A stretch of 64,000 bases of DNA, taken from assembly GCA_046563655.1 (NCBI GenBank), contig CM102290.1, positions 4,526,001 through 4,590,000 on the forward strand, in the 5' to 3' direction. A program made the translations under genes and the position numbers. Of this stretch, positions 53,301 to 64,000 are shown piece after piece (the stretch's first letter is position 1; the number at the start of each line of letters is the position of its first letter). Below the pieces are notes generated by a model. The model did no database searches. It saw nothing but the letters and a program-made list of their open reading frames with translations, and was not told the DNA's origin. Source of the DNA: Yuukianura sp. NJ FZ-2021 (taxonomy: Eukaryota).

Positions 53301-56300
53301 GGTCAAAATAGTAAAATGGGATTATAAAGGAGGTTCAAGGCCGTTTCCACATACGTTACACCATTACAATTAATTGAAATTACAGATTTTATACCCTGCA
53401 ATGGTTAGCACCAGGCACTTAATTCACATCTCCTAAACCAAAGTGAGGTGAACCATGCGATGACATATTGAGATGAACTGACCAACTTGATCCTTGTACC
53501 TCGCTAATTCATGGCCGTAATTGGTATCTCCGTCCTACGTAACTTCCAAATTGAACCACCTTGTCTACTTTAAATCAGCTTTCAAAAAACTTGGCCTTTT
53601 TGTCACAGAGCGGATATGCACTCAATTCCAATTCCCAAGTAGTCCAACTTTGAGCCCAGGCCTCTCGAAGATCAAAACAAAAATTTTTACTGAGGTGGCA
53701 AAAATTGTGGCTTGCCTTGGAGGGTCGCATGCCATCAGCCCCACCTCCCACCGGCACCAAGTCCAACATAAACTTTTACACTATTAGTAACGGTACTAAT
53801 GCAAATCAATAATGGAAAGGACATCGAGAACTCTATCAGGAATCTGCTCTGAATTTTTGCAAAATAACCAGAAGACCACGTTGGAGTCAAAACCTGATTT
53901 TTTGGAGCCGTTTCAGAGAAAAACAACTTAACGGAATACGAACTGCTCAGCAGCAGCACAAGAGGCCGAGTAAGAAGTAATAAGGTGCATGGCATCTTCT
54001 ACACCACCGCCCTATTCTTCCCAGTAATAATGAAATACTTTCAAACCAGGTATAAAAAAGCAGCTCCGTATTACGTCCATTTACAACTTGACCTTGTCCT
54101 GAAGGAGTGGTCACATTTGACCTTGACAATTCCGGCTGCTCTACTTCTTTTCCTGTCTTCATCGTAAACCAAAAATGCAAAGCAATTTACACTTCACTAA
54201 AAGCAGAAAAAAAATACAGGATTTATGAATCCTGTCCTAATGCCAGCAGCCTATTACAATAAACCTATTCAAATAATATTGAAAGCGTTGACCTACGACA
54301 ACATTGAAACAATCGTTATTTTACAAAAAAAAATGAAAAAAACGTAATTTAGCGAGAGTGAAGCCATAAAGTACGGAAGTGTGGACGGGATGAGCTTCGG
54401 TGCTATGAAACTGCAAAAAAAAATTTAAAAAGGAAGGCGGAGGAGGCTTGTTCGGTTTTTTCGGTTCTGACGCCACTCTCCTTCATTTCCACCGGGTGCT
54501 ACGCATTATTCTCAAGCTAATTTTGAACATAACTAAAGCGATGTTCAAAAATGAGCGCTTTGAAAAAATAAAACATGGGAGGAGGCTTCCGACTTTAGGA
54601 GGAACTTGGTAGTGCCTGGAAGGGGTCGCTGACTCAAGTCAAGAGGCTCTGAAAAATACTGAGCTCCAAAATAAAGTTGCTATTTTTGATGAAGAACTGG
54701 GAACTGAACTGGTTAGCAAACAAGCTAGTTCCAACGTCTTTGCTTTTTAACATGTAGGGTAACAACATATTGCAAAACGTAGGGTATACAGTTGTGTGCT
54801 AAATGCTCCAAAATGTTTCCCATAGGAAAACTTCTAAGGTTGGCGTATTGACGGAACGGCTGCAAAATGGCGACAAGTACAAATTTTTACACTGTTGCTT
54901 TCCGTGCCATTTTGAACAAATTTTAGAGAATCGTAATTTTTAGTCAATTTTAAATCTTGCCATTAAAGTGTGGGGATAACAAAAAAAAAACTGAAAGATG
55001 AAATCATTCTCACCTATACCAATTTTAAAACTTATTCAAAATTCTAAATTTGTAAAAAAGGGGTTTGAGAACCACACGAATCTCAATCAAATGCTTACTC
55101 AATTCCAACTCATCCGTTTTTCTCCAATTCGAGCAACGTATGATCAACTGCTAAGTTAATACTCTTGAATAGACTGAAGAATTTGGGCGCCAACTTTCAA
55201 AATCCAAATCGGAGGCACTTGAATTAGAAAACTTGTTTTGGAAATTGTTCCACTACATCACAGGGGCACTGGGCAGCGGAGAGCTTTCTCCGAATCGCCA
55301 GGGATTGGTGTCCAGGTGAAAGTCATCTCCACGTGAAAGGCGGAGATGCACTACCGGGATCCCTACGTTAATTGGCTGAACAATAGGCGTGAATAAGATG
55401 TGTCGAAGTGTCCAAACGTTGAAGTACGAGGTTCACAAGGGAGAAGAACAACACTTTCTGCCTCAGATAAAGTTTTGCTTTTGAGTGTAAATCCTTATTA
55501 AAATGTTCGCTCTCATCCTGAGGAGGAAGAAAAATAAAAGGGTTAAGCCGGATCCTTGTTTTAAACTCCTCATCTTCTGCTTTGCTTTTCAAGATCTCGA
55601 TGGAGCCAAAGGGAATGCCAATCCAAGGCTCTCTGAACACCATGAAACCACTTACTTCGACGTCTTAGCAGTCAAAACTTAACGTCCCTCACCTCTTTCA
55701 ATTTGTAATTGATACAAAGCTTTTCCTTTCAAACACAATTAGCTTACAGTAGGGTGAGTCAATCAGAACTTTCACTCCAGCACACATAGTATTTCGCAAC
55801 TTTTTCTGGAGTGATTTTTGCAGAGTTTCTCAAAATCAATTTTGAAACTTTTTTTCACCAAAGCTACATTAATTATTCATAAGGCTTGCTTTAAAGTTCG
55901 TTTACAACTTGATGCTAGTCAAAAACATCCGGAATCGAATATCGTTAAAATGCTTAGAAAATTTTTGCTCAGTACAACAGGTTCAAGACGGAAGACATTT
56001 TTGTCAGATTTTGACAATTTTAATCAATTCAAGTTTTCTACAGTCGTTCAAAGAGAGTCCACTGCGTGCCCAAATCATTAAAGTGTTTTTACATTTGTTG
56101 TCGTTTTTTGGAAATCCTCGTTTTGACATTAATTGATTGACGAGCGTTAATTTTTAAATTAGTGAAAGACTAACAAGGGGTTGGATTACATTGTTTCTTG
56201 GGCCAGTTTGCAATATATTTGACAAAAGGTGGAGGTTAAGGAATGTTTTCTGCCACAGTGGACACTTCTGCGAAAGTTTATTTTATTACAGAAAATTCCA

Positions 56301-57295
56301 AAAAACCGGCCTTCCTTGGTTCATTGCTGCATTGCCCTCTGAGGACGCGTTCATCCAACTCTGTTCAAGCTCAATTTGCAATATTGCAGAAGGCGCATCA
56401 GCCTCCCTCCCCATGTGCCAAAAAAGACAGAGTACTCAGGAGTCAAGGTAGTCACAAGAATACAAAAATTAAGCAATGACCAAATTGACTCTGAAGTCAA
56501 CAGCTCAGCAGTTACCTAAGTGGACGTCAGCTCAATTACAAACAACAATGCACTCCAACTTAGTATTTGAGCAAAAAAACGTGATTTGAGGAAGGGTTCC
56601 CCCTTAACTTTGAGATCTGAAACTGGCGACAAGGATGTTGTCATTAAGGTTAAACCCTGCTTTCATATGAGGTTTCTGCAACAAATTCCAGGTCATACTT
56701 CCTTGGTTTCTTTTGGTTGGAATGAAGCAGAACAGTCAGAGATTCACTACAGTTTCCCTAATACGACGACCATTGTCAGAAACGTGTTAAACTTCTTTCC
56801 CTTTTATGATAATTGTCTTCCAAGAGACCAAAATCCTTCAAAGTACTACGAAATATACACATTGTATCTTACTGCATTCCGACACATCCGAATTCAAAAA
56901 GTGCCTAGCAGAAATCCTGCATAAGACCTTGTCAAGAGGCAGATCCAAGCTAGTTTTATGGCTAATCCAACAAACAATGCCACAACAATTCTAGTTTCAC
57001 TGGTAAAACCAAGCCCAGGAACTCTATATCTTTTATATTTAATTAACTTAACGCAAAAAGTTTTTTCAAGTAACTTTTGAATCAAAAGTGTTTCAAAGAA
57101 TTCACACATTTTACTCAAATTATTTCTTGGAATAACTTTAAGAAAAAAATACCGCATACAAGTTGACTTTTGGGGGCTCAAATGAAAATGACGAAGATTA
57201 CCTGAGATTGTTTCGCTGCTTTCTCCTTCAACGTTACAACGGAAATACTAGATGCATATTAATGCTTTTCGATTCCAAAAATTCTTGACTTTGAG

Positions 57296-57874
57296 TTAAA
57301 ATTTTGCTGAATTTGAGTTAAAAAATTGAAAGAAAAGTGACAAACTTTTCAAATCACTCCAATGATTTTCATCCATTCGAAGGCAATCATTTGTTTCGCT
57401 TAAGGTTACAGACGAAGCCGAGAAAGGATTGAAACAAGTTGAATATGCAACGTTAAGACTTTCCAGTGCAAAAAGCGCAGTCGCTAACAGGGCAGCGTTG
57501 TTCAAAGGCAGTGCAAAAGCGAACCAGCACTTTTTTCTAAATCTATTTTCGTCTTCGTTTTCAAATTCGTTTCTTCGAAATGGCTCTACAAAGAAGAACC
57601 CAAAAATACAAAATCTGAGTGAACACGGTAGCACGTGGAGACAGGTTCCACTAACTGAAAATCCTTGTGAAGATACATATACAGGAAGAAATGAAACTGG
57701 AGATGCTGCCGTCAAGGATTTCTTTCGTCTAAAATTGTTCATTACCTCAACGGCCTTGTAACTAATGCTACTTGGAGTGGAAGCGACAACGAAAAACAAC
57801 GTTAAAACTAACTGCAAACATTAGAGAAAATCAAAACAAAGAAATTCCAAAATGGTACTTACATTGACGTCCAT
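57296..57874 (-). CDS. Hypothetical spliced ORF (175 aa) or alternative NFI first exons
   Basis: caaaATGgacgtcaat|gtaagt (57874-57863), a 51-nt intron ending ctaatgtttgcag, then an in-frame ORF 57811-57296. No recognisable domain. Confidence 0.3.
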
Positions 57875-59533
57875 TTTGTGACTGAAGAATTTGAGCAACC
57901 GAATTGTCCATGACGCAGGACCGGAAGTGGATCGGAAAATATTTGGGAACGAAAGTTGGCTTTGGATAGACTTTGAGGAATGAAGGGCAGAGGAGGAATT
58001 TGGCACTTTGTTTTTATAAAATTTCGAATTTAAGTAACAATTTTTGTTATTTTTGAAAACTAATTTTTTCTTTCTACCACGAAAAGTCAAGACAAGAACT
58101 GTTAACGTTGCATAAAATATTTGAAATTTTATATAGTTAATACGTTAAAGTCTACGAGTAGTGAAAACAAAGTTCTCAAGGCCAAAGTTTTAAAATTTCA
58201 AAAATTTAAACTACACTACGCTCCTCATTATTTGATCCAAATTAAAGTAGACCGTTTGCATTACAGTAAATTTTTACCAAGTATTGAGTACTTTCATATC
58301 ACAATTAATCATTTGAAATCTATTAGGTTGAAATTTTAAGGAAGTTTGTCTTGTGCTCCTCGGCACCGTTCCAATTACATGTAATGTCGTAATCTGAAAA
58401 CAAAAAACAAATCCAGTTATTATTCATTCCAGTTTTACAAATACTATTGAGAATTCTCACAAACTTTGCAATACTACTTTAATAAATCGGTAAAGTAAAA
58501 CTATTGAAGTTAAAAATCGACTTGAAAAGCCTACTTACCAAAATTAAGAATGTTGTTTCTTTAGCAAAAGGTGGTTGAAACTTAGGACAAGGGAAATTTG
58601 AAAGTTCAAAGGTCAGGAGATAGATTTGAGTTCATGAAAGAGGTCTGGAGTTAAGAAGGAAGGAAGAAAGGAAAGTAGAGGGAACGGAACTTCAATTAAA
58701 ATTTTAACTTTCACATTTCAAAACATTATGAAAATTTACTTCCCATTTTTCAAAACTTTTCACTTTGCTTTCACTCTCTTTTCACCAAATTTTGTTTTTC
58801 CCCACTAAAGTATCCACGTGGGTATCCCTTGAGAGAGAAAAAAACAGGAGCCCTGCGCCTCTAGTTTCCACTTTCTCCTTTGCTTTCTCCTATGCTAAAG
58901 TGAATTTGATTAACCCTGTTACAACTAATTCGCAATTAAAATACAAATTTCTCTTATTTTTTCATACAATCTTGTCTTAAGTGAAGTATCGTTTGGGCTT
59001 CACTATTTCCATGCTCCAAAATTTTAAAAGAAAAATATATTCTTTGCTATTTGTGCTGTATGAACGCTCAATTAATTTGTAATTGATTAAACGCTTACTA
59101 AACCTACAACCGAATATTTTAATTATGAATGTGTTCGAGAGTTTTAGTAGTACATAACAATATTTTTTAAAAATCTATTTGTAAAAATTAGCAACAAACA
59201 GCTCAACTAAATACTTATGCCCGTATCTGCCTATTGCCCAGCATTGGGTGAACTCTCCGAATGGTAGCTTCTACACGATCCAATCAGCTGATTATTCCGA
59301 CAAGTTTTGTTTATGTTGTTTGTATAAAACCGAAATAAAAGTTACATTACGTGCGTTTCATTTTCATTTAAACTACAATTTTCGTTCAAAAAGTACAAGA
59401 CGTTCAAATTCAGTAGATAGCTTGACTGGTAACAACGGTAAGAATGACTAAATATAGGAATTACGAAGGAATTCATGTAAGTAGTTCAACCTTTTCAGAT
59501 TTCGATTTTGTTTGCAGGAATCGTTTCAAGAAG

Positions 59534-60639
59534 ATGAAATTGGGTCGACTTCTAGCACTGCAGCGGTTGCAAGTATCGTGGCCCTGGTATCGTGTACCAC
59601 AGGAAGTGCATTATGATGGACGGCGATTATTGCAAGAGAGTTGCGTACGATTTGCTTACGAATCTGGATCGTCCCCTGCAGCAGCAGAACCAAAGGAATC
59701 CACTCAACTTCCACTTCCAGTTTCTTCAGGAAGTTTTGACAGTTACTTTGAATTTAGTACTGTCAATGAAAAAATTCATGACTGGAAAAACCGAATCTAC
59801 ACGTCAATGTTAATTTATCCTAACTTTATAAGTCAAGACGAGGAGAGAGACATTTTACAGGAGATTGAGCCATACCTAAGTCGACTACACTATGAGACTG
59901 CGCATTGGGACGACGTGAGTAAGACTTCAAAAATAAATTTTTACTGCTATTTGTCAAGTGGGGTCAAAAATACTAGTTCGACAGGACGTGAATAATGTGT
60001 TGATTTGTTCATAGGCGATTCACGATTACCGTGAAACTGAACGTAAAAGTTGGAATAGAAAGAACAGCGTAGTTATCAACCGAATACGAGCCATCGCCTT
60101 CCCGCCTTCCGTGCCGCAATTACAACTAGTTCATGTACTAGATTTGGGGAAGTCGGGTGTCATCAAGCCACATATCGACAGCACACGGGTAATAACTTTT
60201 TATTGAAAAAAAAAAATGCTTATTAATAATTAATCAAGATCAATTACTGTCGTTCTAACAGTTTTGCGGAAATACGATAGCGGGTCTGAGCCTTTTATCA
60301 CCTAGTGTCATGAGACTCGTCCATGATGTTCACAAGGACCATTTTGTGAACGTTTATCTTCCTCGGTTCTGCTTATACGTAATGAGGTACTTAATTAGGA
60401 ACGTTAAATTCTATATTTTTTCGTTACAACTAAATTACTAACTAATTTTTTTCAGCGAACTTGCAAGATATGAATTCACACATGAGATTTTGGGCGAGAA
60501 AGAATCAGCATTTCGCGGAGAGGTCATACCTCGGGACCGCCGTATTTCCATCATGTGTCGAAATGAACCAGACACACAACCAGATGATGGCCCGGTATTT
60601 ACTGCAACCACATTGCCACTCGAAGATGAAAAGAGATAG
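59534..60639 (+). CDS. ALKBH7: ALKBH7-like mitochondrial Fe(II)/2-oxoglutarate dioxygenase, 287 aa
   Basis: Exons 59534-59914, 60015-60188, 60262-60386, 60456-60639 (864 nt, in frame). YETAHWDDAIHDYRETE, VHVLDL, IKPHIDSTRFCGNTIAGLSLLS (HxD), ARYEFTHEIL, PRDRRISIMCRNEP, and a basic presequence-like N-terminus. A 5'UTR intron is likely at 59438-59517. Confidence 0.94.
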
Positions 60640-61368
60640 TAATTTTGTTCCCTTTATTCTTGCATTATTCTGGAATTGTTACATTCAATTGGAAATGTAA
60701 AATGTAAGTAACAATACTTGGAATGGGATACAAAATAGTTTAGAGAAAACGAATGAGGCTGCTGGCTAAGTTCTCGTTAAACGTCACGGTAATTTAAATG
60801 AAACACTGGGTTATTTCTGTATCCTGTTCCTACTACGACTTAAAAAAATAGAAACAGTATTTTGTGCATTGCGGTCGAAAAACTGTACGTAAAAAATCGC
60901 ATGATGGAATTTAAATTTGATTTCACTTACAAGAAACTATTTTGCAGTTTAGATCCGACTAACCCCTCGCTAACTTTTGTCTTCAACTGACTTTTGATTT
61001 TTCTAAAAATTCAGCTAATGCTGCTTTCCAGGTTACATTTCGCTAATAAAACCGAATTTAGCTGGAAGCTAAGCTTAGGGATCCCCGGACCCCAACTGGT
61101 AAAAAGTTCTTGCCAGTATAAATACAAAATTAGTTTAAAAATCTAGGTTGAGCCCAATATTTGTTCAGAGTTGGTATACAATTTAACTTACGATTAATTC
61201 TATGATGTGGTAACATGTTGAACAGCCTAATATCTTTCCTCTCATCTGCAAAATCAGAATTTGGCAATACATGCAACTCTTAAGCAGCGATCCTTAACAA
61301 AATGAGGCACAAAAATTGGTTTCTATAATCTAGAAAGGACTGGAATAATTTTAAAATGTGAGGCAAAC

Positions 61369-64000
61369 TTAGGAGACATGAGAATTTTCTTGCTTGTAGA
61401 CAGCATGGAAGGCATTACGAATTAGAGCATATGGGAAACAAGATTCTAGAAGATCCATGGTCAGGAATGGAGACTCTTGAACAATCTAAAGATAACCATT
61501 TTCAGAAATCGGTAGGAGGAAAAAGAATTAATTTCTTTAATTACCATATCCAGGAGCAGATACACAGATTCTCGATTTTTCACAGCCTCTTTGTCAGTTT
61601 CTTGGCCCAGACGAAGTAGACTTGACGAAGCCAACTATAATTTTTATAGCATTTAAATTAGTAGTTGTTTTGACCGATACTAATATTTGCCGATATAAAT
61701 AAAACAATTCCGAAATGTTCCTACCGCTAGAAACTCCTTGAGGCGATCTTCAATATCTCCTTGACCCCAAATTGTGAACAAGGCACCGAATATGGCATTG
61801 ACTGCTGTGGACAGGCAGTGGATATTGTTGGAATGACCTTCCCAGTAGGCTATGTACACTGATTCATCGTTTCTCGCCAATCTGGGAATCGAAACGGCAA
61901 CGAACACCATCAAGAGACACGCCAACATATACTCGTCTTCCCCAGTCTCTGAAATTGTAAGTTGACAATGAATTGACAGTGATGTTTGCATGTGGAATCG
62001 TTAACAAGTAAACAACTCATGTACCGTTCTTCTGATTTTTCAAGGCATACACTAGTGTTGGGTCAACTTTCAAGGCGATTCCGGCAGCAGACGCCATTTC
62101 ACTCACATTCTGAAAAGAATATAATACGGGATTAGTACATGAACTTGGGATCTTAATGTTAAGAGATGGGGTGCAACCGCTGATTCGCCATTGGGAGCAT
62201 GTTCATGAAAATCCAGGATAGAACTGAGGAGAAACGGTATTCGATCAATCAAGGCGTCATGAAGGGCTTCTTGCGTAAGTTGACGGAATCTCAGGATCAT
62301 TCCAACGATTGTCAATCTTCGGAGCATATTTTCCACATCTAAAAACCAAAAGACGTTTAGGTTGTTAACTTCTATACACCACTAATACCAATAGTTTTTA
62401 GAATATTTAATACATAATTTTACTAAATGTTTTGAAAAGATTTAGTATTATGATGAGATAGCTTACGCAATAGCTTTCGGAATAGCTCCTTCATCAAGTC
62501 AGGCTTGTCAAAATTCGTTCGCAAATTCATTAGGACGTCCTTATTTGCCGCCACCATTTTCTGCAACAAACGATGAACCCGAATTATAAAGCTATTTTTG
62601 GTTAAATTAATAAAGAGTTTCGATTGTCTCTTTCTTGTTAGAAAAAGAAACAAACCCACCTTCAGTTCCTGAACTTGTCCCGCAATTTGCCACATTAGTG
62701 TTTCGTTCAAGTGTTTCATTCCATAAGGACCGATTAGTTCTGCCAAAGCTCGAAGTTCAGAAATGTCGGAATATTCTTCGGCACTGAATGGAATTGCACC
62801 CTCTGCATTCAGACTGACAAATGCTCGCTGATTTCCAGAGAAACAAATATTTCCTGCGCTAACACGTCGCAACAACACTTCGGCATACCACTGTGTGTAC
62901 AGAATTGCAACCGTCTTCTCTCCATGACTATCCATTTGTTGTGTCTGCTGAAGCAACACGTTGTTGAACACACGGGTCATGTCTAGGTGAACTGCAAAGG
63001 AGTTTAAATACTTTAATGTCTTTAATCTTCAATTTCTATGGTAACTATGAATACCGATTAAATATTCTTCTTACCGTAGTTCTCCACAGTCTGAAGAACG
63101 TTCATATATGCTCGTACACTGGCCAAGAGTTCTGATGGTTTTGCAATTTCATTCGTTTCTTGATTGAACATAACCATTCCGACGAGTGCTCTTGCAAATC
63201 TACTCTCTAAATGTTGGTGTAAATACTCTTTAGGGGCAAATGTGTATTCCCAAACGGAAATTGAAGGGCAGTAGTTGATTGCAAAGCAAAGTTCAGTAAG
63301 AGCCATATGAAGCTTATCCATCCTAATCAAAAACAAACCAATTTGTAGTGTCGAAACTTGAAACAAAACGAGATGTTTTTGTTTTGCTTACGTGGTCAAG
63401 TCCTCCCGTGTTTTCCGAAAACTTTCTACACCGGGACGATTTATTTCCGGAAGCGCCTTCTTGTACTTGTCCTTCACTTTTTTGCGATGAAGTTGATGAG
63501 CAAAAAGTGCTGCACAATGCTTCGGAAGCAGCTAGAATTGCAACATACAATCAGATAGCTCATTTTCACTGAAAACTTTATGTAAAGTGAAATAACTTAC
63601 CTTATCACTCAAGGTACATTGCTCGTCACAAATCGTAGTAATAATATTCTTGGCTTCTTTGGCCATTTCGTCCAGAAATATATTGACGACTGAGAGACTT
63701 CTTTCTCGAATATGATGGCGCTGCAAATATAAAATCGTAGCAAGTTAGAAGAACCTAGGTAATGAACAAGGTCTGCTTCCGAATTCTTTCGTACCTCTTC
63801 TGGACACATTTCATGAGTGCAGTTCATGAAGTGACTACAAATGAGAGGGAACGCTACAATGTATCGGTTCTGGGCAGGAAACTCTAGACACATATGGAAC
63901 TGGTCTTCAAAAATTTTGTTATAGAAACTGTACACAGAAAGAAACAAAATTCAATTGACATCACCTTCAGCTCCCGCAAGTAGTACAATTTAACAACAGA
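61369..64000 (-). CDS. Hem: Hem/Nap1 (NCKAP1, WAVE complex subunit), 3' part; gene continues beyond the window
   Basis: Many short-intron exons encode [86 protein letters not shown] and the C-terminus [33 protein letters not shown]; stop codon at 61371-61369. Confidence 0.95.

Noticed and set aside
54516..54557. Small imperfect hairpin (attttgaacat ... atgttcaaaaat)
   Set aside because: Short and AT-rich; such stems are expected by chance here, and bacterial-type terminators are irrelevant in this genome.

Overview
AT-rich eukaryotic genomic DNA from an animal, most likely an arthropod with a compact genome (most introns are about 60-90 nt, GT-AG). It is not prokaryotic and contains no CRISPR array, rRNA or tRNA that I can see. 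Eight spliced protein-coding genes could be reconstructed by hand with frame-consistent exon chains: two tandem LIV-1 family ZIP8/ZIP14-like metal transporters (+), a divergent Rho/Rac-like small GTPase (+), FKBP6/shutdown (-), the five-zinc-finger transcription factor glass (+), Nuclear factor I (-, coding exons 20.5-41.2 kb, probable 5' exons out to about 58 kb), ALKBH7 (+), and the 3' part of Hem/Nap1/NCKAP1 (-, truncated by the window edge). I found no clearly new multi-gene system. The most interesting signals are non-coding or splicing-level: a dense cluster of NFI half-sites inside the NFI locus, recurrent long fold-back structures in NFI introns, a consensus CTCF-type motif between glass and NFI, a duplicated splice acceptor in glass that would create a premature stop, a possible spliced 175-aa orphan ORF at the NFI 5' end, and a Rho-like protein with degenerate switch motifs. 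All exon coordinates and family calls come from manual reading and recalled motifs, not from database searches.
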